Source: Lama guanicoe
Lineage: Eukaryota
Direction: 5' to 3'
Length of the DNA: 64,000 nucleotides
Assembly: GCA_013239625.1 (NCBI GenBank)
Contig: MU054187.1
Span: 12,379,325-12,443,324, forward strand
Each line of letters opens with the position of its first letter. Position 1 is the first letter of the stretch. Position numbers and translations under genes: made by a program. Positions 51,505 through 64,000 of the stretch are shown here, one piece after another. The notes below the pieces were generated by a model. It saw only the letters and a list, made by a program, of their open reading frames with translations. It searched no databases and was not told the origin of the DNA.

Positions 51505-52689
51505 AGCCCCCAAAATGGCTCCACTTGAAATAGGGATCATTTCTCCTTATTTCAACAGAGTTATTATTATTCAAAAGTGGGTCACACCTACTTTGAGATT
51601 ATTGTCTGGAGTTGCTTAATCTGTGTCCTTTGCCTGGAACGTTCTTTCTTGCTGGTGGGTTTCTTTCTCACCAGCTGTGCCCTGTGCAGCTCCCTACCCC
51701 TTCATCAAATGCCCTTTCTTCCATGGTCCAGTTTATCTTTTCTTTGTTAAGAATTTTTTCAGTTGTTAAGAATGTAAATTGAAAGTTCCAAAAACACATT
51801 TGTCCCATGAATGCCAGAGTACCACAGGTATCACCCTAAAGATGGAAAGCAGCTAAGCTAACCTAACCCTGTCCTGAAGTTGCTCTGTGGTGAAAAACAT
51901 TAAAGAGGAAGTAACAGATAATTGGTTACTTAAAAGTTAACCAAACTTTAAATAGTCTAGTATGCAAGATATTGATTATTCTGGAGCATTGAAAAGGCAC
52001 TTGGGTCTTATTTATGGGGCTCTTCTGAAGACATCAGCTTCTTAGAATTCTAAGCAGTAGTTCTTTTAAAAACAATCATAGTTTATCACACACTTTTGAA
52101 ACTTTACTCCTCATAAGTAATACATTTTAGAAAATATTTTATTTTTCCTTCTCCTACATTGTCAAAAGTGAAATAGAAAGTTCAACCTATAAAATTGTGC
52201 TACAAAGTTTGAGACTAAGAAAAAGGAAGGTCTCTTTCCTGGTGAGTGTCACAGTGAGATGGATGTGTATGTGATTGTTATTTTGGGCCTGGACACTCAG
52301 GGCTGAGTCCATCTAGAGACACCAGGGAACTCAGACTTTTGCCTAAAAGCCAAGGAGGAATTAGGGGAGGGGACTAAAGGACTGAAGTAGGAGGTATGGG
52401 TTTCCCCCTTTGTGTCTCCTTTCCCCTTTCCCTTCTTTCATTTATAGATTTTTTTTTGTCCATCCCTTAATCCTCCCACATTTCTTTCTCTCTTTCACCC
52501 ACAAACCACCAGGATTTGAAACTAAAAAGACTTTTAAAAAATTACTGGCAACAATTATTTTTAAAACACTGTGTATTTTCTGATCCTTTTTCCTTCATTC
52601 CTCTAATTTTTGTTGCTCCTTTTGATTTTTAAAGAAAAAGTATTCCAGTCTTCTTTGTTTACTATTTTTAAATGGTCCAAATGAATCAA

Positions 52690-53170
52690 TAGCTTGAAAA
52701 TGTACTCTTCTTTGACCCTGAAACCTTACTTCCAGGAATTTGTATTAAGGAAATAGTTAAATGTGTGTGTGAGAACAATTGTATAAGACTGTTTATTCTG
52801 GAACTGTTCACCGTATTGAAAAGTTTGTATACAACCTATGTGTACAGTAATGCTGATTAAATAAATGTAGGGATGCCCATGCAATTAAATGTTATGCAGC
52901 CATTAAAGCTCATTTTGTAGATAAATATTTATTCCCATAAAATATATTTATGCTATATAGTTAAGTGATAAAAGTAGTTTACCAAATGATGTGTATCATG
53001 GTCTCTGTTTTACATAAGTATATACTACACACACATATATATATAAAGAAGAAAACACTGGAAGAATAAGCATGATAGAAATTCAATACATTGTATGGTG
53101 GTTATCTCTGGTGATGTGATTAGGTGATTTTTCTTGTTTACACGTAATTTCTAATTTTTCTATAATTAGA
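52690..53170 (+). mobile_element. Very old L1 (L1ME-like) 3' region
   Basis: ctttgaccctg...cttccaggaattt...ttatgcagccattaaa...gtggttatctctgg. Confidence 0.65.
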
Positions 53171-54677
53171 AGAACTGCCACTTCCATAAAAAGGTAGTTT
53201 TCTATAACCGACAAAATTAAGTGCTTATTACAGGTGATAGTCGACTATTGCGTGTAGCAAATGGCATCCAGTTTTGTTCTGATTAACTTTGTACACCTGT
53301 TCCCTCGCTCCCGTTCTTTTTCTCTTCCTCGTCCCTTCTCAATTAAAGAAATTCTCATGTACTGGGAAAACCTCTGATGGGTAACTTGTTGAGGCCTCTG
53401 GAGCTCAAACGTGCCTTAAAGTAAAAAGCTAGATAAAATGAAAAATTCACTGCTCAAGGGATGTGTTCTCTGATGGAATGTTTCTTAGACTACTTAGGAT
53501 TTTCTTTCCCTCGGTTTGATTTTAATGGTTTTCAGCTTCACAATGGCTGGGGCGAAAAAAAAAAAAAAAAGATGGCTGTGGAGGAGAGACTTCCAAGGGA
53601 TTCAGTGCGACACAGCCTCCTCACCTAGGCCTGCAGTGATGCACAGTGATGGGGACAGTGGGGATTTTTTTAGACGTTATGCACAAAAGCAAAGTCAACT
53701 GGAAACTGAGACAGTTTCCCGAGGCCTCCAGCGACCTCCCCCTGACTTGTTTGTGTTTTGCAGATATACACCACCTGGCCCCAAATTGTCCTGATAATTC
53801 TGTGTTGGGCATTTCGCCTACTTCCAGAGTGCAGGCCCAGGACGCCTCCACCCTGCCCTTGACCGATGGCAAAGCCGGGGTCTGGCTTGGCCGGCAGGAG
53901 CAATAGGCTCCAGGGCAGGAGAGAAGCCATCACTCCAGGAGACACGGGGACTTCTACCTTCTAATGCTGTGACCCCAAAGGTGGAGTTAAAGGAGCCAGG
54001 TGCAGACCAAGGCCAGGCAATTGCACGTGCTGTTTTTAGCTCCTATGTTTGGTCCACGTGATTTGAGTGGGGACACCCATCCTCTCTATGCATTGGTTTC
54101 CAATTGACGAAATGAAATGAGATTGCAGGCAGGGGAGCTGCTCAGGCAAAGGCCAGGGAAAGAATGCTACAAACTGAGCATTCTCAGCAGCGCTGACAAT
54201 GCTGGGGGGAAGGGGTGCAGAATTCTTTCCTAGATGTTATCTCTGACTCCGTGCAATTCCCTGAGCACTTAAGCTATTTCTGTGGCCCCAGCTTTCTCAA
54301 GCATAGACAGGTAATGATACTTTGTTCTCTCTCCTTCCATTATATGGGCTCTGTGAGGATAAAATAGCAAGTTAATGAGATTTAAAATAGGAAGAAAATG
54401 TTTCAGAAGCCTTTAATGTACCCTGAGATTTTCAGGTCCTGATTAAATAGGAATTATTGTTTTGAGAAAAATCTGTATAGCTCATATGATGTCCATTAGT
54501 TTCCTCGAGAGCTGTATTTACCTGACAAGTTCTTTTTCCTTTCTGCACAAACATGGAGGGAAAACGGAGGCAAAGTAAAATAGTAAGAACAAGAAAGCCT
54601 GAAAACGGAAGTTTGGGTCAGCACGTTAAGCTCAGACCCATATTCTGACTGGAACTAGCATTAAAACTCCTCTCTGA

Positions 54678-54784
54678 AAAATTGTGCTGAACACTGGAAT
54701 TTGACACAACATTGTAAAATGATTATAAATCAATAAAAAAGTTAAAAAATATAAATCAGCTCTCTGAATTGTAAAAAAAAAAAT
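54678..54784 (+). mobile_element. Very short young L1 3' end
   Basis: aaaattgtgctgaacactggaatttgacacaacattgtaaaatg. TSD aactcctctctga (54665-54677 / 54785-54797). Confidence 0.88.
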
Positions 54785-56659
54785 AACTCCTCTCTGATAG
54801 ACTTGGGACAACGCATTTAATAGGGTGACTTAAATGTCCACCCTCATGTGGGGAAACAGTACAATTTTATCTTGGGAAAGCTCTGAGAACACACTTCTTA
54901 AACACATGCAGTCCTGAGGACATTTCCTGGAAAACCATTGGCCTTTGCCTGGGACAGTTGCATCACACAGAAATGTTTGTGGTTCAGGTTTATAAGTAAC
55001 AACAGGATCTGAAGCCAACGTACAACTTTTATTCAGTTCAACCAGATGCCAGATCTAAAATAGTAGGTAGGCACTTTCCTAATTGTACTTCAGAAAAAAG
55101 TTTACTAAGTTATGCAGGATTCCTCTCCTCCCTCCATAATAAGCCAACATAATCAAGACAATTAACTACCTTCTGAAGGACCCAAGTGTATTTAGTTAAG
55201 TCAGACTGTGGCTGACTGACTTGCCTGTGTGCCTTTCTTCTCTTTTGTTCTAAAACTACATCTAGAAAGGAGGGAAATGGCCAACAAATGTGCATACATT
55301 TTCCACCGAATTTTATGTTGCAAATATTTAGCTTAGAGCTAAATGGACTCTGAGGGAAAGTGTTCTTTTCTAAATGTTATAAAACTATGTTCATTCCAGA
55401 AGGCAAACAAGATTAATAACAGTGAGCACTCGCTGTGGAGGAAGGGGGACCTGGAGGGAGACTCCACCTTTTCGTCGGTTTTTGATGTCGGCACGAATGT
55501 TAATTACTCACCCCAAATTAAAACGCTACTAAAAAAATGTTTACTTATGGGGAAAGAGATTGGCAGTGAAGAATGAGGAACTAGAGTTTTTTTTTTTAAT
55601 GGAACCACTCTGATGTTTTTGTATTTTTGCAATGTGTATAAATAAATAAGTAAATAATAAATAAATGTGCATTCATAGTGAAAAAGAATGAACAACAGGA
55701 AACAACAAAAACTTCTGCATTCCCCACTCCCCAAAGAAGAAGGGATGAACCTTCAGTGACTTCCACACACACGTGGAGCTCTTCCCCATGTGCCAGAGAG
55801 CCACTCCCCAGTTGTGGGATGACGGGAAAGGACAAAGTCCGTTAGAAAGTCCAAGCCAAATGGTGATTTCCCTGTACAGCTTTCACTGTGCAGACGTAAT
55901 AGGGTTACACATTCTCTGTGAAAAAGCTACAGACAGATTTCACCAGTCAACAGATCACCCTGCACCAAAACTGTAAAACCACTTTAACACTTACTTCAGA
56001 TATTATTAAATGTGACAAAGTATTTGAAAGATCAACCAAATAAACTGTTCCTAGGAAAGGTTTCCAATAGAATACTTCTTGAATAACGCTGCTTTTCTTA
56101 GGTCATGGGGATTGAATTAAGACACTGAAACACAAAGTCAGGATGAAAACCTACACTTTTAGCGAAATACACTTATAGAAGCCTCTAGATTTGATAGTAT
56201 TTCTCAATCCTTATTTTTTCTTTGGTACATAGAAAAACTGAAAAAGATTGTCTGCTTTATGTGGCAGAGAATATTTACATGTGGGTACTACAGATGTGAC
56301 AAGATTCCAGATTTGACATGTATTCTAAATACCACATGTCCATTCATTCAGCCATCAGTCACTCATCTTACTACCCATGAGCCTCTGCATGAGCAGCTCT
56401 GAAGATAAAGGAATAATAAGACCCCACTGGATGAGGGGAGGCTGATGTGAAAATCAGAGGGGTCACAGGCTGGCATGATATGTAAGGCAGTGTCCTGTAG
56501 GCACAGGTGTACTCTGAGTGAGTCAGGAAGGAAAATAACACCTCTCCTGGAGGGCGGCGGTGGAGCGGAAAAAGAGCGGTGCATATAAAGCTCTTAACCC
56601 AAACCTGACACATCATAAAGGATTACTAAGTGTTAGTTGTTATAAAGAAGGTAGCAGAT

Positions 56660-56802
56660 GCAGGGAGGGTATAGCGCTGACGTAGAGTACATGCTTAGCG
56701 TGCACAAGGTCCTGGGTTCAATCCCTAGTACCTCCATAATAAGTAAATAAATAAATCTAATTACTTACCCCCTCAAAAAAAAAAAAAAACCACAAGGGAA
56801 AA
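56660..56802 (+). mobile_element. Vic-1-type SINE
   Basis: gggagggtatagcg...tcctgggttcaatccctagtacctcc. TSD aaagaag(g/a)tagcaga. Confidence 0.92.
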
Positions 56803-57079
56803 AAAGAAGATAGCAGACTTACAGAGTGTTTTGGGAGCATCTCAGAAGAATATATAACTTAGTCTGAAAGTGAGGGAGAGAGAAGAAGAGAGAAAGAGGA
56901 AACACTAAGAAGATGTACTTTGAAAGCTAGTTGATAATTTCTAGAATGGCATTAGGGTCATAAACAATAAGTTGATGATCTTAAATCGAAGGAAGGCTGG
57001 ATTTTGTCATGAGCTTGGATTAAAGCAGGGACACATCACTTACCTACTAGAACAAACAAAAAAAAAAAACACCAAGGAA

Positions 57080-57282
57080 ACCTTTGTTACCATTGACATT
57101 TTAGACTGGATAATGCTTTGTTGTGGGGGCTGCAATGTGTACTGTAAAATGTTTAGCAGCATCCTTCATCTCTACCTATGAGATGCCCAGAAGCAGCTTC
57201 CTGGTTGTGACAACCAAAAATGTGTCCAGCCATTGTCCAATGTGCCCTAGGGGTCAAAATCACCCCCAATTAAGAGCCATCG
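57080..57282 (+). mobile_element. MER20 hAT-Charlie MITE
   Basis: attgacatttt...ggataatgctttgttgtgggggc...gttgtgacaaccaaaaatgtgtccag...gggtcaaaatcacccc. Confidence 0.88.
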
Positions 57283-57290
57283 CCTTAGTC

Positions 57291-57447
57291 GGGGGAGGGT
57301 ACAGCTCCGTGGTAGAGTGCCTGTTTAGCATGCACAAGTTCCTGGGATCAATCCCCAGACCTCCATTAAAATAAATAAGTAAATATATAAACCTAATTAC
57401 CACCCCCTCAAAAACAAACAAACAAAAAAAGGCTTTGAAAAAAAAAA
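57291..57447 (+). mobile_element. Vic-1-type SINE at the MER20 end
   Basis: gggggagggtacagctccgtggtagagtg...aacctaattaccacccc plus A tail. Degenerate TSD aaga...ccttag. Confidence 0.92.
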
Positions 57448-58154
57448 AAGAACTGCTACCTTAGACCAAGATAATTTCATTAAGTATCTATAAATTTTGT
57501 TAAGCTATTAAGCAAATGGAAAATTGAGACTGAGAGAGAACCAACTTAAATATTTTCCTCTTATTTCAATTGCTGCTAAATGTACTGGGATGAAAACTAT
57601 CAAATTAATATGTCTAGAGAGTGGTTTCTTCTCATTTCCATTTGCCAGTCATAACAGGGTCTGAGACATAATCCGGGAAAATGGCTCAGATCTGACACGG
57701 ACACCACTCACTCAGGGAAGTGACTATCCTAGCTTCTCATACTTCTATTAACTTAAGCTTTCTTTGCAGAAACTGTAAAGGGTTTTTCAGTCATCAAAGC
57801 CACCAGCTACAACACTGCTGACTCCAGTTCCCTGATGCCCCTCCCTGGCCTGTTGACACAGGATCCTGAAGTGGTGACCCCTGCCTTTTATCCTCTTCCC
57901 TGCACTTGACGGAAAATTGCAGAAAGCAAAGGCGACCCAGAGGTTGCTGGGAGATTTTTTGTTTCCTTGCAGAGGCTGCTGGGAGATTTTTTGTTTCCTT
58001 GATATTAATTCTATCCTGCCTCTCACAGTACTTCTAATTGCTCAAGCAAACTGAAGTAGTAAACTGAGATTAACTGGAACTTACTATGTAACAAAAACAA
58101 AAAATATTTTCTTTTTATCATTTTTTATAAGAAAAATGAATTCAGAAGAGGCAT

Positions 58155-58247
58155 GTTCACATGTATAACTGAAAAATTGTGCTCTACACTGGAATTTGAC
58201 ACAACATTGTAAAATCACTATAACTCAATTAAAAAAATGAAAAAAAA
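58155..58247 (+). mobile_element. Very short young L1 3' end
   Basis: tataactgaaaaattgtgctctacactggaatttgacac. TSD aagaggcat (58146-58154 / 58248-58256). Confidence 0.9.
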
Positions 58248-58479
58248 AAGAGGCATCTCCATATCTGAAAAAAAATTTTTAAATAAAACCTTCAGGATAA
58301 GAGCTGGGTATGGGATAATGAGTCAAGGGCATCCTTATTCACAATTTATTGATGAGTAGATTGATTCTTCTGCCACTATGTAAAGGATCAAAGTGTTTTT
58401 TCTCTTTAGACAATATTATTCCAAAATAATATTGAGAGTTTTCCTTAAAAACCATATAACAAGCATGTGTATTTAATGA

Positions 58480-59520
58480 CCCTCTCTTAGTATGAGCCCA
58501 AATCAGAGCATAGTCTACACATTTTTCTAAATTGCATTTTTTTAACCTAACAATAAAATGTGGAGACAATTCTGTATCAGTTCACGATGCTGTAACTCAG
58601 TCTTTTAAACAGATGCATGGTATTCTGTCACATGAACATAGCATGATTTATTTAATCAGCTCCTTTTTGGTAGACATGTAGTATTTTGTTCCTAAAAATA
58701 CTGTAATAAATATACATTTTCATATAGTCTTTGTGAGCCTTAGCATAAATGCCTAAAAATAGAGTTGCTGGGCCAAACGACAGTTTTGCATTTAAACTGT
58801 TTTTTAACGTTAACAACTTATTTCTGGTAGAGGCAATACCAGTTTATTTTCTCACACTGCCTGAGAGTGACTGTCTCCTCATACCTCTGATGGCTTAAAA
58901 ATAACTCAGTGTTTTTAAAATTTGCTTCTCTCTAATTACAAGTGAAGATGAGTATACTTTCCTATGTTTAAACAAACTTGTATGTTGTTCTGTGTGAACA
59001 AATTTTTCACATCTTGACACATCTGTCCCTCCCCCTTCCTTCTTCCTTCTTCACTTATTTCTCTCTCTGTCTCTCTATTTTAAGGATGCTTCAAAATTAG
59101 TCTTTTTTTTTCTATCCTTTCTGCTGCAAAGATTTTTTTTTCTAAGTTTGTTTTTGGTTTTTAACTTTATAGTAGCTTTTCACCAAGAAATGTTTGCCTT
59201 ATGTAGGCAAATGTATTCACTTTATTCTCTGTGGCTTTTTTCACATGTTTAAAAAGCCTGTCCTTACTTTGAGGTTGAAAAGGAAAAAATTCTCCGTGTT
59301 TTCTTCTAACACTGTCTTACTATTCATCTTTAAATCTTTGAGCTATTGGGATTTTGTTTTTGAGTAAGAGTGAGGTAGGAATCCAAGCTTTTTTCTCTTT
59401 TTTTCCATATGGTTAGCCAAGTGTGTCAACACCATTTATCTTCCCTCCAAATGGAACCATCACCTTATCTTATACTACACAGTCATATCTAGAACTATCT
59501 CAGAAATCTTAATTCTTTTC
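58480..59520 (-). mobile_element. Very old L1 (ORF2 C-terminal region)
   Basis: gagttgctgggcc...ttctctctaattacaagtgaag...gtgaggtagga...ccatatggttagccaag...caacaccattta. Confidence 0.75.
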
Positions 59521-60644
59521 TGTTTATCTCTTTTTAAAAAAATCTGTTTTAATATATAGTGGCTAACATTTGCAAATCCCAAACTCCCAAATTTATTCCT
59601 TCCCATCCTGTTTCTCTTTTTCTTTTCATGTACCAGTAACAAATTTTTCATAACATGTTTTAAAATATGCTTTTTACTTATCAGTATTTTTTTGTGTGTT
59701 TACCAATATCTCTTTCTAACTATATATGATTTATATATATATAAAATCATTCAGATATAGTAATAAAGGTACAAGGTATTAGGACACAACTGTTCTTGTA
59801 CGGGGAAAATTGTGACACATGCTATTTTGAGAATCCTAACTTAAGCCATTGACTGTTTAGCTAGTTTTTAATTATCTTTCTAAAGCTGAACATGATTTAA
59901 CTCTTTTAACACCCAGTTCATCTCCATTTATTATCTAATGTCTCACCTCAAGTGCTTGATGCAGAAGTCAGTTTACTGACTATAGTGCAGATGAGATGAA
60001 CTGTGATGGGGGGGGAGGGGGGTGGGGGACCAGGGGTTCCAGATAGTAACTATAGGGAGATAGAAGCCAAGTGGGGTGTGTCATGCAGCGAGCCTCAGTG
60101 GTGAAGCATTGATAGCAAGTGGCCATGGGAGAAGCGCAATCTCCCAGGCTTGTCAATTACTGGAACCACAGGAACAAAATTGTCAGGTAATGCAAAGGGT
60201 TGTTTGATTGTATCAGAAGAAAAAAATCCAAACCTGACAAACAGGATCTTTTACCCAATTCAAACTCAATAGAGCAAGGAGTACTGGGCCCTCAGGCCAG
60301 TCCCAGACTTGAGTTCATTAAATAATGCAAAGCATTCTTAACGAAAGGAAAGGCCAGTTACCTTTAAGGAAGACTGCTGTAAAACCACAAATGTATGTCA
60401 TGAATCTTCCTCCTACTCTTCCCAAAAGAGAGCTGCTCAGGGACACTTCCCACTGGCCCCTTTCATAGATTAGGACACTGCTGGAACCCGGAGGAAATTT
60501 GCATGGATGATCCTGGAGATTTGGGAGCAAGTCCATGCCTCCTGAAACCATTCCCTTGTTCATATGAGAGAACTGACTTGCTACTGTGCTTACATGTTGC
60601 TCATGGCAGGGGGCGATCTGCCAGGGTTCCTGTCTCCGGTGCTA

Positions 60645-60870
60645 ACATCAAATGGATTCCATATCTACTACTTTCTAGCTGTGTTATGATTGGTAGGCAC
60701 TTAATTTCTCTAAATCCCAGCTTTTCTGTAAATGGTTTTACAGAATCCATAGGTTTATCTCCAAGGGTGGTTGCGAAGATTCAATGAACAAGGACGTATC
60801 ATGTACTTTAAACATGAACTGGTACCTAGTAACTCGTCCATAAATGTTAAGGGTTGTTATTGTTATTACT
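60645..60870 (+). mobile_element. MIR SINE
   Basis: ctactactttctagctgtg...ggcacttaatttctct...gggtggttgcgaagattcaatga. Confidence 0.7.
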
Positions 60871-61739
60871 GCAACCATTCTATTTAAAGAGCAGGATTCC
60901 ATAGGGTGCAAGCAAAATACAACAATTTCTTTCCGCTACTGCCCATTTAAACCTACCCTGTAGGGTTAGCCTTGCCCTGTCCCTTGGGTGAACTCTAAGC
61001 TAAGTCCTAGGGTTACCTCTGGTCACTCTCGGGTACTATGAAGTTCTCTGTCAGGTATAGTCACAGAACAGTCATATTTCAGTTTCATGAACAAGCTTCT
61101 TGACTGTGAATTCTGGCTTCATCTGATTGAATTGCTATCCCTTTCCAAACCAGTTTGGTTTTTCCCAGTGAAGTATTGACAGAGGATGAATATACATGGA
61201 CCTGGTTAATAGGTCTGTTAGCTGTCTGGTTAATAGACAGCTGTGTTCAGTATTACAGCACACCCCAGAAATAAGTTTCAGCTTTATGGATCCTGAACAA
61301 TAGTGTGGATTTCCATGAACAACGGTGAGGATGAGGATTTCTCCTTTATGTTTCCCATATAATAAAAGGAGAATTGGACTGGATTCACATTTATAAACAC
61401 TTCAGTTTGGTTTGATGAGCAGGAACATGGAAAGAGCAAGTGTGCTTACAAAGAAGAAACATATAGATTCTGTCAATGAGTTAAATATAGTAGAAATAGG
61501 TGATCAGTCACCTTCATGGTAGAGCACAGGTGGAAAGAACTAAGGAAACCAGTCATCATATGATTATATTCCTTTGTCCTGAGCAACATCCCACTCAGTG
61601 TGGCTGACTCCTCTCCTCTTGGCTTCCTATGTATCTTCATAATCAGTTAATATAACTAATTAATAACTTGAGCATGCATCTATGTCTTGCAATCAAAAGA
61701 ACTTTATACAATCATATTGTCCTTGAATAATGATCTAAT

Positions 61740-62420
61740 CTTTCTCATTCCTAATAGTTATACATCTTGGTTCTGTTTCTTGTCTTATGGCATTAGCCGG
61801 AAGTTCCAGAATATTATTAAATAATAAGAGTAATAGCAAGAATCCTTTTCTTGTTCCTGATATTTATGGGAATGCTTCTGGAGCATTTATTGTGTGCTCT
61901 ATCCCTTTGAGAATTTGATAAAAATTAATTCTAGAAAAATGCACATATACAGTCAAACTGTAATAATTCTACATAATAAAACTGAAAAAGGGAAAAAAGA
62001 AATTAATTGATAAAAATTATCTTAGAACAAAAAAAGAAGAATGCACATATATACAAAATTTTTAAAATAGTTTTAGGAATTTCAAGGAACATGGGCTATG
62101 TGGAAGTTTTTGCAAATTTCATTATTAAGTATGAAGTTGGTTATGGTTTTAAGATAATTTTTTAAAACCATATTAATAAAGATTACTTATAGTGCTCATT
62201 TAGAAATAAGTAAAAAATGAATTTCATCAAATACCTTTTTATCATCAATCAACATATTTAAATATTCTCTCTCTTTAGTCTTGCTGGTGCTGAATTATAT
62301 TAATATGCTTATCAATATCAAACTATTCTTGCATTCCTGGAATAAATTTCAGATGAATTTGATATATGTGAATTTTTCAATATTCTATCAGATTTGACTT
62401 ACTGCTGTTACATTTATGAC
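61740..62420 (-). mobile_element. Old L1 ORF2 fragment interrupted by a hAT-like MITE (~61880-62100)
   Basis: aaataataagagtaatagcaagaatccttttcttgttcctga...tcttgcattcctggaataaa. Confidence 0.7.
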
Positions 62421-63699
62421 TTGGCATTTGAATTTACTAAATGAATTATAATGCATGGTTGAAATATTTTTAAATAAAAAGAATTATAATAAAAATTATT
62501 TGTTGGTTAAACCTCAATTGGCAAGAAAATACTATCAGTCAAACATCTCTTTCTAAGCATTCTGGTAAGCATTAAAGAATCAGAAGTTCAGAAAATTAAA
62601 GAGCTAAAAAGAGCAGCTGATCCAAAACTCATTTTACAGATTACGAAGGCAGTTGCTCAGAGAGGTTAAGTGACTTATGCAAGATCACACTGCTACTGGC
62701 AGCATTGGTTGTATAAACAAGATATATAAGCAAGTTGTTGAGGCTGAAAGAGAAAATAGGGGAAAGACTTATCTCATTTCCGGTGGAACATTACTTTAAT
62801 TCTATGGGAGAGTGAAAAGAATGACTAGATTTGTTTCTGAAACAGTGAAGATTTCACAAAGAAATGGCATAAGCATTATAATAAAGACATGACTGTCATC
62901 TTCAAGAGATTAAAAACATGACTGGGCTTGATCGTCCCATATCTTTCAGTTCCAGCCCTCTCACTATCTCTGTATGTGTCCTTGGACAGTTCTCCCCAAC
63001 ACACACCAGGGAAGAATTCCTGCCACGAATACACTAAATGCATTACCAACAGGGATGAGGGAAACACAGAACAAGTGAAAGAAGCTTTGAGGACAGACAT
63101 TTCAGAAAGTCTCTGAATTTTAAAACTGTCTAGAACTATACCAACACATATGTAGGACCCAGACAATGTAGGGGCTTCGCTTGCTTGCCGTTTGTGCCAG
63201 TTCACGCTGCTCGTCTGTTAAGGTCTGAAACAGGGTCCTATGAATCCTGGTCAGCTTTCTTCTGAACCTGTCCACCCACCTGTTCCCTCCCTTTAACCTC
63301 TTTAGCCCAGCATCAGCTGGAGCCTTGCAGAGCTGCACAACACCAGGCCTGGTGCCCAGCCCAGTACCTGACTTCACGCGTGGCTGACAGCTGACTTTCG
63401 AGGGCTGTAACGATAGGACTGAAACATCTGCTTTGTTTGGATAAGCCAGCGAGAAACTCAGCCAAACTGTTTGTTTGGTGTCATATAGCAAGACAATCAG
63501 TTAGATGACTGATTTTTTCTCCTGACTGCTGTGTTGACACTGCCTCAGATGGTAATCTGATGGTACATTTTATTGAAGCCTTGCTACAAAGAGCACCCTT
63601 AAAAATTTTTTTAACCATTAAGGGGCTGTTATAGTCACTATTTATTTGTATCTCCAAACACTCTGCAGCAGATAAAGCAGTTAATATTATCCTAATTAA

Positions 63700-63901
63700 A
63701 AAAAAATTGAAGTATAGTTGATTTACCAGGTTGTGTTAGTTTCAGGTGTACAGCACAGTGATTCAGTTATATGTTTATATATACATTCTTTTTCATATTC
63801 TTTTTCACTACAGGTTATTACAAGATACTGGATATAGTTCCCTGTGCTGTACAGCAGGACCTTGTTGTTTATCTAGTTTATATATAGAAAGTTGTATCTG
63901 C
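63700..63901 (-). mobile_element. L1 3' end
   Basis: aattgaagtatagttgatttac...atagttccctgtgctgtacagcaggacc. Degenerate TSD aatattatcctaatt / aatattacccaaatt. Confidence 0.92.
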
Positions 63902-64000
63902 AATATTACCCAAATTTAATAAAAGATAAAGCTGAAGCCAGGGGGACTTGATTGCTTTGCTCCAGGTCTCATAGCTTTTTAGTGGTGAAGCTAGACCCCG

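Noticed and set aside
53516..53945. Four overlapping ORFs
   Set aside because: GC-rich patch including a poly-A run; no coding signature
59726..59750. Near-palindrome around (TA)n
   Set aside because: Mostly self-complementary TA microsatellite

Overview
AT-rich, repeat-dense mammalian DNA, most likely camelid (alpaca/camel): it carries seven tRNA-derived Vic-1-type SINEs and artiodactyl-type L1 3' ends. It looks intronic or intergenic. I found no intact protein-coding gene, and the ORF track is mostly L1/ERVL/SINE remnants and chance ORFs. Contents: many L1 fragments of different ages, L2/MIR/CR1 relics, an ERVL (MLT2) remnant with dUTPase and integrase, MLT1/LTR41-like solo LTRs, and hAT/Tigger MITEs. 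The best-supported unusual features are: two independent full-length U6-L1 chimeric retrocopies with TSDs; an ERVL with a twin-priming-like 5' inversion; L1 3' transductions; two recent 125-135 bp tandem duplications; one old dispersed duplication; and a candidate minus-strand promoter with a short first coding exon near 45.15-45.4 kb. I see no evidence for a new biological system. Family names come from recalled consensus sequences, and boundaries of old repeats are approximate.
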